DNA from: the human T2T-CHM13v2.0 reference genome, Homo sapiens
Length of the DNA stretch: 64,000 bases
NCBI GenBank assembly: GCA_009914755.4
Contig: CP086569.2
Location: 61,984,001 to 62,048,000 of the forward strand
Direction of reading: 5' to 3'
Of this stretch, positions 1-14,168 are shown piece after piece. A program made the translations under genes and the position numbers. The notes beneath the pieces are model-generated. The model was not told the DNA's origin and searched no databases. It saw only the letters and a program-made list of their open reading frames with translations. Position 1 is the first letter of the stretch, and the number at the start of each line of letters is the position of its first letter.

Positions 1-151
1 AGTGCAATGGAACGGAATGGAATAGAATGCAATGGAGTGGAATGGAATGGAATGGAATGGAATGGGATGGAATGGTATGGAATGGATAGTAATGGACTGG
101 AGTGAAATGGACTGGAAAGGAATGGACTCAAATTGAAAGGGCTCGAAAGGA

Positions 152-3100
152 ATGGAGTCAAATGGAATGATCTGGAATGGAATGAACTCGAATGTAATGC
201 AATCCAATAGAATGGAAACAAATGGAATGGAATTGAATGGAATGGAATTGAATGGAATGGGAACGAATGGAGTGAAATTGTATGGAATAGAAGAGAATAG
301 AATGGAATGCAAGGGAAAGGAAAGGAATGGATTGGAATGGAATGGAATTCATTGGAATGGAAGGGAATGTAGTGTAATGGACAGGCCTGGAATAAACTGG
401 AATGCTACGGTCCGGAATGGAATAAAAATGTATGGAATGGAATGCAATGAAACGGAATCGAATGTCATAGAATGTAATGGAATGCAAAAAAATGGACTCC
501 AAAATCATTGACTGGAAAGGCTGGGTGTCGAAAGGAATTGACTCCAATGGAATGGAATCGAATGGAATGGAAGTGAATAGAATCGAACTAAATCGAATGG
601 AATGGAATTGATAGGAACGGAATGGAAAGGAATGGAATGATTTGGCATGGAATGGAATCGAATGGCATCGAATGGAATGGAATGGAATGCAATGGAATGG
701 AATGTATTAGAATGTAATGAACTTTAATGGGATGTACTCGAATGGATTCGACTGGAATGGAATGTTCTGGAAGTGAATGGACTCCAATGGAATGGATTCG
801 AAAGGAATGGAATCGAACGGTATGGAATCTAATGGAATGGAATTAAATGGAAAGGAATGAAATGGAATAGAACGGAATTGAATTGAATGGAATCGAATGC
901 AATGGAATCTAATGAAACGGAAAGGAAATGAATGGAATGGAATGGAATGGGCTGGAATGGAATGGAATCGAAACGAATGGAATGGAATCGAACTGCAGAG
1001 ACTGCCATGGAATGTACTGGAATGCAAGGGAGAGTAATGGAAGGTTCTCGAAAAGAATGGAAACGAATGGAATGGAATTGAATGGAACGGAATAGAGTCG
1101 AATGGAATTGAATGGAATGGAATGGACTAGAGTGAAATGGAATCGAGTCACAAGGAATGGACAGGAATAGAATGGTCTCGAATTGAATGGAATCGTATGG
1201 AATGGCATCAAACGGAATGGAATGGACAGCCACGGAATGGAATGCACTCGAATGCAATGGAGTCGAAACTATTGGTCTGGAATAGAATGGACTCGACTGG
1301 TACGGACTCCAATGGAATGGAATGGAATGGAAGGGAATCGAACGGAATGGACTCGAAGTGAAAAGACTGCAACGGAAAGGTTTCGAATGGAATGGAAATT
1401 AATGGAATGGAATGGAATCGAATGAAATGGAGTCAAAAGGAATGGAATCCAATGGCAAGGAATCGAATGTAATGGAATCGCAAGGAATGGATGTGAACGG
1501 AACGGAATGGAATGGAATCAAAAGGAATGGAATAGAATGGAATGGAATCGAATGGAAAGGACTCGAATGGAAATCACTTGAATAGAATGAAATTTAATAA
1601 AATAGGATCAAATGTAATGGAATGGAATGGAAAGGAATCGAAACGAAAGGAATGGAGACAGATGGAATGGAATGGAAGAGACCGCAATGGTATAGAATGG
1701 AATGGAATCATCTGCAATGGAATTGAATGGAATGGAATAATATGATATGGAATGGAATGGAACGGAAAGCCCTTGAATTAAATGGACTGGAATGGAATGG
1801 ACTGGAACAGAGTGGAATGGAAAGTGTTGAAATAGAATGGAATGGACTCCTTTGGAATGGTCTAGTATGCAAGGCAATCGACTGGCAGGGAATCAAAAGG
1901 AATGTAATCGAATGGATTGGACTGGAATGCAATGGACTCGAATAGATAGGAAACGGAATGCAAAGGAATGGAATTGAATAGTATGGAATGGAATGGAATG
2001 GAAGGAATGGAGTGAAATAGACTAGAGTGGAATGGAATGGACTCGAAAGCAATGGACTGGAATGGAACTTTCTTGAATGGACTGGAATCAAACGGAATGG
2101 AATGCAATGCAATCAAATGGCATGGAATAAAATAGAATGAAAGAGAATCAAATGGAATTGAATCGAATGGAATCGAATGGATTGGAAAGGAATAGAATGG
2201 AATGGAATGGAACTGACTCAAATGGAATGGACTGGAATGAAATGGAGTCGAAAGGAAGGCAAAGGAATAGAATCTATTGGAATGGACTGTAATGGAATGG
2301 AATGGAAGGGATTGGAATGGACTCGAATGGAATGGACTGCAATAGAAAGGATTCGAATGGAATGAAAAAGAATTGAATGGAATAGAACAGAATGGAATCA
2401 AATCGAATGTAACGGAATGGAATTGAAAGGAATGGAATGAAATGGAATGGAAAGGATTCGAATGGAATGCAATCGAAGGGAATGCAATCGAATGGAATGG
2501 AATCGAACAGAATGGAATAAAATGGAAGAAAACTGGCAAGAAATGGAATCGAAATGAATGCAGTGTTATGGAACGGACTCAAAAGGAATTGAATGTAATA
2601 GAATGGAGTGGAGTGGACTCGAATATTATGGACTGGAATGGAATGGAATCACATGGAATGGGAACGAATGGAATGGAATGGAAAGGAAAGGAATCGAATG
2701 GAAAGGAATCGAATGGAAGGGAAGGAAATTGAATCAACAGGAATGGAAGGGAATAGAATAGACTGTAATGGAATGGACTCGAATAGAATGGACACGAATG
2801 CTCAAATTGAACGGACTCGTATAGAATGGAAATGAAAGGAATGTCATCGAATGGAATTGAATCGATTGGAATGAAATCGCATAGAATGGAGTGGAATCAA
2901 ATGGAATTGAATCGAAAGCAAAGGAAGCGAATGGACTGAAATGAAATGGAATGGAATTGAATGGAAAGTAATGCAATGGAATGGAATGGAACGAAATTTC
3001 AGGGAATGGAATCAAACAGAATGGAATCAAATCAATGGAATCTAATCAAAAGGAATGGATAGGAATTAAAAGGAATAGATTCGATTGGAAGGGATTGGAA

Positions 3101-3659
3101 TGCAATGGAATGGGAAGGACACGAATTTCATGAAACGGAATGGAATGGACTCGAATGGAATGGAATGTCATGGAATGGCATCAAATGGAATGGCATCAAA
3201 TGGAATGGAATCGAATGCAATGGAATGTTATGGAATGGAATGGGATGCAGTGGAATGAAATGTCCTCTAATGGAATGGATTCGAGTGGAATGGAATCGAA
3301 TATAATGGAGTCGAATGAAATGGAATTGAAAGGAATGGGATCGAATAGAATGGAATATACTGGAATGTAATGTAATGAAGTCGAATGTAATTGACTGGAA
3401 TGGAATGTACGTGAATGGAATGTAATCGAATGGAAAGTAATCCAATGGAATAGAATCTAATGCAATAAAATCGACTCGAATGGAATGGAATGGAATGGAA
3501 TGGAATGCAGTGCAGTGGAACGGAATGGAATGGAATTCAATGGAGTGGAATGGAATGGAATGGAATGGAATGGGATGGAATGGTTTGGAATGGATAGTAA
3601 TGGACTGGAGTGAAATGGACTGGAAAGGAATGGACTCAAATTGAAAGGGCTCGAAAGGA
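152..3659 (+). repeat. HSat3 HOR copy 1 (3508 bp)
   Basis: Boundary set at the recurring motif atggagtcaaatggaatgatctggaatgg. About 98% identical to the other copies, judged from the 119-aa repeat-derived ORF having ~5 differences between copies. Confidence 0.8.
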
Positions 3660-6600
3660 ATGGAGTCAAATGGAATGATCTGAAATGGAATGAACTCGAA
3701 TGTAATACAATCCAATAGAATGGAAACAAATGAAATGGAATTGAATGGAATGGAATTGAATGGAATGGGAACGAATGGAGTGAAATTGTATGGAATAGAA
3801 GAGAATAGAATGGAATACAAGGGAAAGGAAAGGAAAGGATTGGAATGGAATGGAATTCATTGGAATGGAAGGGAATGTAGTGTAATGGACAGGCCTGGAA
3901 TAAACTGGAATGCTACGGTCTCGAATGGAATAAAAATGTATGGAATGGAATGCAATGAAACGGAATCGAATGTCATAGAATGTAATGGAATGCAAAAAAA
4001 TGGACTCCAAAATCATTGACTGGAAAGGCTGGGTGTCGAAAGGAATTGACTCCAATGGAATGGAATCGAATGGAATGGAAGTGAATAGAATCGAACTAAA
4101 TCGAATGGAATGGAATTGATAGGAACGGAATGGAAAGGAATGGAATGATTTGGCATGGAATGGAATCGAATGGCATCGAATGGAATGGAATGGAATGAAA
4201 TGGAATGGAATGTATTAGAATGTAATGAACTTTAATGGGATGTACTCGAATGGATTCGACTGGAATGGAATGTTCTGGAAGTGAATGGACTCCAATGGAA
4301 TGGATTCGAAAGGAATGGAATCGAACGGAATGGAATCTAATGGAATGGAATTAAATGGAAAGGAATCAAATGGAATAGCACGGAATTGAATTGAATGGAA
4401 TCAAATGCAATGGAATCTAATGAAACGGAAAGGAAAGGAATGGAATGGAATGGAATGGGCTGGAATGGAATGGAATCGAAACGAATGGAATGGAATCGAA
4501 CTGCAGAGACTGCAATGGAATGTACTGGAATGCAAGGGAGTGTAATGGAAGGTTCTCGAAAAGAATGGAATCGAATGGAATGGAATTGAATGGAACGGAA
4601 TAGAGTCGAATGGAATTGAATGGAATGGAATGGACTAGAGTGAAATGGAATCGAGTCACAAGGAATGGACAGGAATAGAATGGTCTCGAATTGAATGGAA
4701 TCGTATGGAATGGCATCAAACGGAATGGAATGGACAGCCACGGAATGGAATGCACTCGAATGCAATGGAGTCGAAACTAATGGACTGGAATAGAATGGAC
4801 TCGACTGGTACTGACTCCAATGGAATGGATTGGAATGGAAGGGAATCGAACGGAATGCACTCGAAGTGAAAAGACTGCAACGGAAAGGTTTCGAATGGAA
4901 TGGAAATTAATGGAATGGAATGGAATCGAATGAAATGGATTCAAAAGGAACGGAATCGAATGGCAAGGAATCGAATGTAATGGAGTCGCAAGAATGGATG
5001 TGAACGGAACGGAATGGAATGTAATCAAAGGAATGGAATAGAATGGAATGGAATCGAATGGAAAGGACTCGAATGGAAATCACTTGAATAGAATGAAATT
5101 TAATAAAATAGGATCAAATGTAATGGAATGGAATGGAAAGGAATCGAAACGAAAGGAATGGAGACAGATGGAATGGAATGGAACAGAGAGCAATGGTATA
5201 GAATGGAATGGAATCATCTGGAATGGAATTGAATGGAATGGAATAATATGATATGGAATGGAATGGACTGGAATGTCCTTGAATTAAATGGACTGGAATG
5301 GAATGGACTCGAACAGAGTGGAATGGAAAGTGTTGAAATAGAATGGAATGGACTCCTTTGGAATGGTCTAGTATGCAAGGCAATCGACTGGCAGGGAATC
5401 AAAAGGAATGTAATCGAATGGATTGGACTGGAATGCAATGGGCTCGAATAGATAGGAAACGGAATGCAAAGGAATGGAATGGTATAGTATGGAATGGAAT
5501 GGAAAGGAATGGAGTGGAATAGACTAGAGTGGAATGAAATGGACTCGAAAGCAATGGACTGGAATGGAACTTTCTTGAATGGACTGGAATCAAACGGAAT
5601 GGAATGCAATGCAATCAAATGGCATGGAATAAAATAGAATGAAAGAGAATCAAATGGAATTGAATCGAATGGAATCGAATGGATTGGAAAGGAATAGAAT
5701 GGAATGGAATGGAACTGACTCAAATGGAATGGACTAGAATGGAATGGAGTCGAATGGAAGGCAAAGGAATAGAATCTATTGGAATGGACTGTAATGGAAT
5801 GGAATGGAAGGGATTGGAATGGACTCGAATGGAATGGACTGCAATAGAAAGGATTCGAATGGAATGAAAAAGGATTGAATGGAATAGAACAGAATGGAAT
5901 CAAATCGAATGTAACGGAATGGAATTGAAAGGAATGGAATGAAATGGAATGGAAAGGATTCGAATGGAATGCAATCGAAGGGAATGCAATCGAATGGAAT
6001 GGAATCGAACGGAATGGAATAAAATGGAAGAAAACTGGCAAGAAATGGAATCGAAATGAATGGAGTGTTATGGAACGGACTCAAAAGGAATTGAATGTAA
6101 TAGAATGGAGTGGAGTGGACTCGAATATTATGGACTGGAATGGAATGGAATCACATGGAATGGGAACGAATGGAATGGAATGGAAAGGAATGGAATCGAA
6201 TGGAAAGGAATCGAATGGAAGGGAATGAAATTGAATCAACAGGAATGGAAGGGAATAGAATAGACTGTAATGGAATGGACTGAATAGAATGGACACGAAT
6301 GCTCAAATTGAATGGACTCGTATAGAATGGAAACGAAAGGAATGTCATCGAATGGAATTGAATCGATTGGAATGAAATCGCATAGAATGGAGTGGAATCA
6401 AATGGAATTGAATCGAACGCAAAGGAAGCGAATGGACTGAAATGAAATGGAATGGAATTGAATGGAAAGTAATGCAATGGAATGGAATGGATCGAAATTT
6501 CACGGAATGGAATCAAACAGAATGGAATCAAATCAATGGAATATAATCAAATGGAATGGATAGGAATTGAATGGAATAGATTGGATTGGAATGGATTGGA

Positions 6601-7155
6601 ATGCAATGGAATGGGAAGGACTCGAATTTCATGAAACGGAATGGAATGAATTGGAATGGAATGGACTCGAATGGAATGGAATCAAATGGAATGGCATCAA
6701 ATGGAATGGAATCGAATGCAATGGAATGTTATGGAATGGAATGGGATGCATTGGAATGAAATGTCCTCTAATGGAATGGATTCGAGTGGAATGGAATCGA
6801 ATATAATGGAGTCGAATGAAAAGGAATTGAAAGGAATGGGATCGAATAGAATGGAATATACAGGAATGTAATGTAATGAAGTCGAATGTAATTGACTGGA
6901 ATGGAATGTACGTGAATGGAATGTAATCGAATGGAAAGTAATCCAATGGAATAGAATCTAATGCAATAAAATCGACTCGAATGGAATAGAATGGAATGGA
7001 ATGGAATGCAGTGCAATGGAACGGAATGGAATGGAATGCAATGGAGTGGAATGGAATGGAATGGAGTGGGATGGAATGGTGTGGAATGGATAGTAATGGA
7101 CTGGTGTGAAATGGACTGGAAAGTAGTGGACTGAAATTGAAAGGGCTCGAAAGGA
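3660..7155 (+). repeat. HSat3 HOR copy 2 (3496 bp)
   Basis: Same landmark motifs at the same phase as copy 1. Confidence 0.8.
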
Positions 7156-10100
7156 ATGGAGTCAAATGGAATGATCTGGAATGGAATGAACTCGAATGTA
7201 ATACAATCCAATAGAATGGTAACAAATGGAATGGAATTGAATGGAATGGAATTGAATGGAATGGGAACGAATGGAGTGAAATTGTATGGAATAGAAGAGA
7301 ATAGAATGGAATGCAAAGGAAAGGAAAGGAATGGATTGGAATGGAATGGAATTCAGTGGAATGGAAGGGAATGTAGTGTAATGGACAGGCCTGGAATAAA
7401 CTGGAATGCTACGGTCTCGAATGGAATAAAAATGTATGGAATGGAATGCAATGAAACGGAATCGAATGTCATAGAATGTAATGGAATGCAAAGAAACGGA
7501 CTCCAAAATCATTGACTGGAAAGGCTGGGTGTCGAATGGAATTGACTCCAATGGAATGGAATCGAATGGAATGGAAATGAATAGAATCGAACTAAATCGA
7601 ATGGAATGGAATTGATAGGAACGGAATGGAAAGGAATGGAATGATTTGGCATGGAATGGAATCGAATGGCATCGAATGGAATGGAATGGAATGCAATGGA
7701 ATGGAATGTATTAGAATGTAATGAACTTTAATGGGATGTACTCGAATGGATTCGACTGGAATGGAATGTTCTGGAAGTGAATGGACTCCAATGGAATGGA
7801 TTCGAAAGGAATGGAATCGAACGGAATGGAATCTAATGGAATGGAATTAAATGGAAAGGAATCAAATTGAATAGCACGGAATTGAATTGAATGGAATCGA
7901 ATGCAATGGAATCTAATGAAACGGAAAGGAAAGGAATGGAATGGAATGGAATGGGCTGGAATGGAATGGAATCGAAACGAATGGAATGGAATCGAACTGC
8001 AGAGACTGCAATGGAATGTACTGGAATGCAAGGGAGTATAATGGAAGCTTCTCGAAAAGAATGGAATCGAATGGAATGGAATTGAATGGAACGGAATAGA
8101 GTCGAATGGAATTGAATGGAATGGAATGGACTAGAGTGAAATGGAATCGAGTCACAAGGAATGGACAGGAATAGAATGGTCTCGAATTGAATGGAATCGT
8201 ATAGAATGGCATCAAACGGAATGGAATGGACAGCCACGGAATGGAATGCACTCGAATGCAATGGAGTCGAAACTAATGGACTGGAATAGAATGGACTCGA
8301 CTGGTACGGACTCCAATGGAATGGAATGGAATGGAAGGGAATCGAACGGAATGGACTCGAAGTGAAAAGACTGCAACGGAAAGGTTTCGAATGGAATGGA
8401 AATTAATGGAATGGAATGGAATCGAATGAAATGGAGTCAAAAGGAATGGAATCCAATGGCAAGGAATCGAATGTAATGGAATCGCAAGGAATGGATGTGA
8501 ACGGAACGGAATGGAATGGAATCAAAAGGAATGGAATAGAATGGAATGGAATCGAATGGAAAGGACTCGAATGGAAATCACTTGAATAGAATGAAATTTA
8601 ATAAAATAGGATCAAATGTAATGGAATGGAATGGAAAGGAATCGAAACGAAAGGAATGGAGACAGATGGAATGGAATGGAACAGAGAGCAATGGTATAGA
8701 ATGGAATGGAATCATCTGGAATGGAATTGAATGGAATGGAATAATATGATATGGAATGGAATGGAATGGAATGCCCTTGAATTAAATGGACTGGAATGGA
8801 ATGGACTGGAACAGAGTGGAATGGAAAGTGTTGAAATAGAATGGAATGGACTCCTTTGGAATGGTCTAGTATGCAATGCAATCGACTGGCAGGGAATCAA
8901 AAGGAATGTAATCGAATGGATTGGACTGGAATGCAATGGACTCGAATAGATAGGAAACGGAATGCAAAGGAATGGAATGGAATAGTATGGAATGGAATGG
9001 AAAGGAATGGAGTGGAATAGACTAGAGTGGAATGGAATGGACTCGAAAGCAATGGACTGGAATGGAACTTTCTTGAATGGACTGGAATCAAACGGAATGG
9101 AATGCAATGCAATCAAATGGCATGGAATAAAATAGAATGAAAGAGAATCAAATGGAATTGAATCGAATGGAATCGAATGGATTGGAAAGGAATAGAATGG
9201 AATGGAATGGAACTGACTCAAATGGAATGGACTAGAATGGAATGGAGTCGAATGGAAGGCAAAGGAATAGAATCTATTGGAATGGACTGTAATGGAATGG
9301 AATGGAAGGGATTGGAATGGACTCGAATGGAATGGACTGCAATAGAAGGGATTCGAATGGAATGAAAAAGAATTGAATGGAATAGAACAGAATGGAATCA
9401 AATCGAATGTAACGGAATGGAATTGAAAGGAATGGAATGAAATGGAATGGAAAGGATTCGAATGGAATGCGATCGAAGGGAATGTAATCGAATGGAATGG
9501 AATCGAAAGGAATGGAATAAAATGGAAGAAAACTGGCAAGAAATGGAATCGAAATGAATGGAGTGTTATGGAATGGACTCAAAAGGAATTGAATGTAACA
9601 GAAAGGAGTGGAGTGGACTCGAATATAATGGACTGGAATGGAATGGAATCACATGGAAAGGGAACGAATGGAATGGAATGGAAAGGAATGGAATGGAATG
9701 GAAAGGAAACGAATGGAAGGGAATGAATTTGAATCAACAGGAATGGAAGGTAATAGAATAGACTGTAATGGAATGGACTCGAATAGAATGGACACGAATG
9801 CTCAAATTGAATGGACTCGTATAGAATGGAAACGAAAGGAATGTCATCGAATGGAATTGAATCGATTGGAATGAAATCGCATAGAATGGAGTGGAATCAA
9901 ATGGAATTGAATCGAAAGGAAAGGAAGCGAATGGACTGAAATGAAATGGAATGGAATTGAATGGAAAGTAATGCAATGGAAAAGAATGGAACGAAATTTC
10001 ACGGAATGGAATCAAACAGAATGGAATCAAATCAATGGAATATAATCAAATGGAATGGATAGGAATTGAATGGAATAGATTGGATTGGAAGGGATTGGAA

Positions 10101-10654
10101 TGCAATGGAATGGGAAGGACTCGAATTTCATGAAACGGAATGGAATGGACTCGAATGGAATGGAATGTCATGGAATGGCATCAAATGGAATGGCATCAAA
10201 TGGAATGGAATCGAATGCAATGGAATGTTATGGAATGGAGTGGAATGTATTGGAATGAAATGTCCTCTAATGGAATGGATTCGAGTGGAATGGAATCGAA
10301 TATAATGGAGTCGAATGAAATGGAATTGAAAGGAATGGGATCGAATAGAACGGAATATACTGGCATGTAATGTAATGAAGTCGAATGTAATTGACTGGAA
10401 TGGAATGTACGTGAATGGAATGTAATCGAATGGAAAGTAATCCAATGGAATAGAATCTAATGCAATAAAATCGACTCGAATGGAATAGAATGTAATGGAA
10501 TGGAATGCAGTGCAATGGAACGGAATGGAATGGAATGCAATGGAGTGGAATGGAATGGAATGGAATGGGATGGAATGGTATGGAATGGATAGGAATGGAC
10601 TGGAGTGAAATGGACTGGAAAGGAATGGACTCCAATTGAAAGGGCTCGAAAGGA
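7156..10654 (+). repeat. HSat3 HOR copy 3 (3499 bp)
   Basis: Same landmark motifs at the same phase as copy 1. Confidence 0.8.
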
Positions 10655-13600
10655 ATAGAGTCAAATGGAATGATCTGGAATGGAATGAACTCGTATGTAA
10701 TGCAATCCAATAGAATGGAAACAAATGGAATGGAATTGAATGGAATGGAATTGAATGGAATGGGAACGAATGGTGTGAAATTGTATGGAATAGAAGAGAA
10801 TAGAATGGAATGCAAGGGAAAGGAAAGGAATGGATTGGAATGGAATGGAATTCATTGGAATGGAAGGGAATGTAGTGTAATGGACAGGCCTGGAATAAAC
10901 TGGAATGCTACGGTCTCGAATGGAATAAAAATGTATGGAATGGAATGCAATGAAACGGAATCGAATGTCATAGAATGTAATGGAATGCAAAAAAATGGAC
11001 TCCAAAATCATTGACTGGAAAGGCTGGGTGTCGAAAGGAATTGACTCCAATGGAATTGAATCGAATGGAATGGAAGTGAATAGAATCGAACTAAATCGAA
11101 TGGAATGGAGTTGATAGGAACGGAATGGAAAGGAATGGAATGATTTGGCATAGAATGGAATCGAATGGCTTCGAATGGAATGGAATGAAATGCAATGGAA
11201 TGGAATGTATTAGAATGTAATGAACTTTAATGGGATGTACTCGAATGGATTCGACTGGAATGGAATGTTCTGGAAGTGAATGGACTCCAATGGAATGGAT
11301 TCGAAAGGATATGGAATCGAACGGAATGGAATCTAATGGAATGGAATTAAATGGAAAGGAATCAAATGGAATAGCACGGAATTGAATTGAATGGAATCGA
11401 ATGCAATGGAATCTAATGAAACGGAAAGGAAAGGAATGGAATGGAATGGAATGGGCTGGAATGGAATGGAATCGAAACGAATGGAATGGAATCGAACTGC
11501 AGAGACTGCAATGGAATGTACTGGAATGCAAGGGAGTGTAATGGAAGGTTCTCGAAAAGAATGGAATCGAATGGAAAGGAATTGAATGGAACGGAATAGA
11601 GTCGAATGGAATTGAATGGAATGGAATGGACTACAGTGAAATGGAATCGAGTCACAAGGAATGGACAGGAATAGAATGGTCTCGAATTGAATGGAATCAT
11701 ATGGAATGGCATCAACGGAATGGAATTGACAGCCACGGAATGGAATGCACTCGAATACAATGGAGTCGAAACTAATGGACTGGAACAGAATGGACTCGAC
11801 TGGTACGGACTCCAATGGAATGGAATCGAATGGAAGGGAATCGAACGGAATGGACACGAAGTGAAAACACTGCAACGGAAAGGTTTCGAATGGAATGTAG
11901 ATTAATGGAATGGAATGGAATCGAATGAAATGCAGTCAAAAGGAATGGAATCGAATGGCAAGGAATCGAATGTAATGGAATCGCAAGGAATGGATGTGAA
12001 CGGAACGGAATTGAATGGAATCCAAAGGAATGGAATAGAATGGAATGGAATCGAATGGAAAGGACTCGAATGGAAATCATTTGAATAAAATGAAATTTAA
12101 TAAAATAGGATCAAATGTAATGGAATGGAATGGAAAGGAATCGAAACGAAAGGAATGGAGACAGATGGAATGGAATGGAACAGAGAGCAATGGTATAGAA
12201 TGGAATGGAATCATCTGGAATGGATTTGAATGGAAAGGAATAATATGATATGGAATGGAATGGAATGGAATGCCCTTGAATTAAATGGACTGGAATGGAA
12301 TGGACTCGAACAGAGTGGAATGGAAAGTGTTGAAATAGAGTGGAATGGACTCATTTGGAATGGTCTAATATGCAATGGAATCGACTGGCAGGAAATCAAA
12401 TGGAAAGTAATCAAATGGATTGGACTGGAATGCAATGGACTCGAATAGATAGGAAACGGCATGCAAAGGAATGGAATGGAATAGTATAGAATGGAATGGA
12501 AAGGAATGGAGTGGAATAGACTAGAGTGGAATGGAATGGACTCGAAAGCAATGGACTGGAATGGAACTTTCTTGAATGGACTGGAATCAAACGGAATGGA
12601 ATGCAATGCAATCAAATGGCATGGAATAAAATAGAATGAAAGAGAATCAAATGGAATTGAATCGAATGGAATCGAATGGATTGGAAAGGAATAGAATGGA
12701 ATGGAATGGAACTGACTCAAATGGAATGGACTAGAATGGAATGGAGTCGAATGGAAGGCAAAGTAATAGAATCTATTGGAATGGACTGTAATGGAATGGA
12801 ATGGAAGGGATTGGAATGGACTCGAATGGAATGGACTGCAATAGAAAGGATTCGAATGGAATGAAAAAGAATTGAATGGAATAGAACAGAATGGAATCAA
12901 ATCGAATGTAACGGAATGGAATTGAAAGGAATGGAATGAAATGGAATGGAAAGGATTCGAATGGAATGCAATCGAAGGGAATGTAATCGAATGGAATGGA
13001 ATCGAACGGAATGGAATAAAATGGAAGAAAACTGGCAAGAAATGGAATCGAAATGAATGGAGTGTTATGGAACGGACTCAAAAGGAATTGAATGTAATAG
13101 AAAGGAGTGGAGTGGACTCGAATATAATGGACTGGAATGGAATGGAATCACATGGAATGGGAACGAATGGAATGGAATGGAAAGGAATGGAATGGAACGG
13201 AAAGGAATCGAATGGAAGGGAATTAAATTGAATCAACAGGAATGGAAGGGAATAGAATAGACTGTAATGGAATGGACTCGAATAGAATGGACACGAATGC
13301 TCAAATTGAATGGACTCGTATAGAATGGAAACGAAAGGAATGTCATCGAATGGAATTGAATCCATTGGAATGAAATCGCATAGAATGGAGTGGAATCAAA
13401 TGGAATTGAATCGAACGTAAAGGAAGCAAATGGACTGAAATGAAATGGAATGGAATTGAATGGAAAGTAATGCAATGGAAAAGAATGGAACGAAATTTCA
13501 CGGAATGGAATCAAACTGAATGGAATCAAATCAATGGAATCAAATCAAATGGAATGGAAAGGAATTGAATGGAGTAGATTGGATTGGATGGGATTGGAAT

Positions 13601-14168
13601 GAAATGTACTGGAAAGGACTCGAATTTCATGAAACGGAATGGAATGAATTGGAACGGAATGGACTCGAATGGAATGGAATGTCATGGAATGGCATCAAAT
13701 GGAATGGCATCAAATGGAATGGAATCGAATGCAATGGAATGATATGGAATGGAATGGGATGCATTGGAATGAAATGTCCTCTAATGGAATGGATTCGAGT
13801 GGAATGGAATCGAATATAATGGAGTCGAATGAAATGGAATTGAAAGGAATGGGATCGAATAGAATGGAATATACTGGAATGTAATGTAATGAAGTCGAAG
13901 GTAATTGACTGGAATGGAATGTACGTGAATGGAATGTAATCGAATGGAAAGTAATCCAATGGAATAGAATCTAATGCAATAAAATCGACTCGAATGGAAT
14001 AGAATGTAATGGAATGGAATGCAGTGAAATGGAACGGAATGGAATGGCATGCAATGGAGTGGAATGGAATGGAATGCAATGGGATGGAATGGTATGGAAT
14101 GGACAGGAATGGACTGGAATGAAATGGACTGGAAAAGAATGGACTCAAATTGAAAGGGCTCGAAAGGA
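10655..14168 (+). repeat. HSat3 HOR copy 4 (3514 bp)
   Basis: Same landmark motifs. The unit-start motif is slightly mutated (aatagagtcaaatgg). Confidence 0.8.
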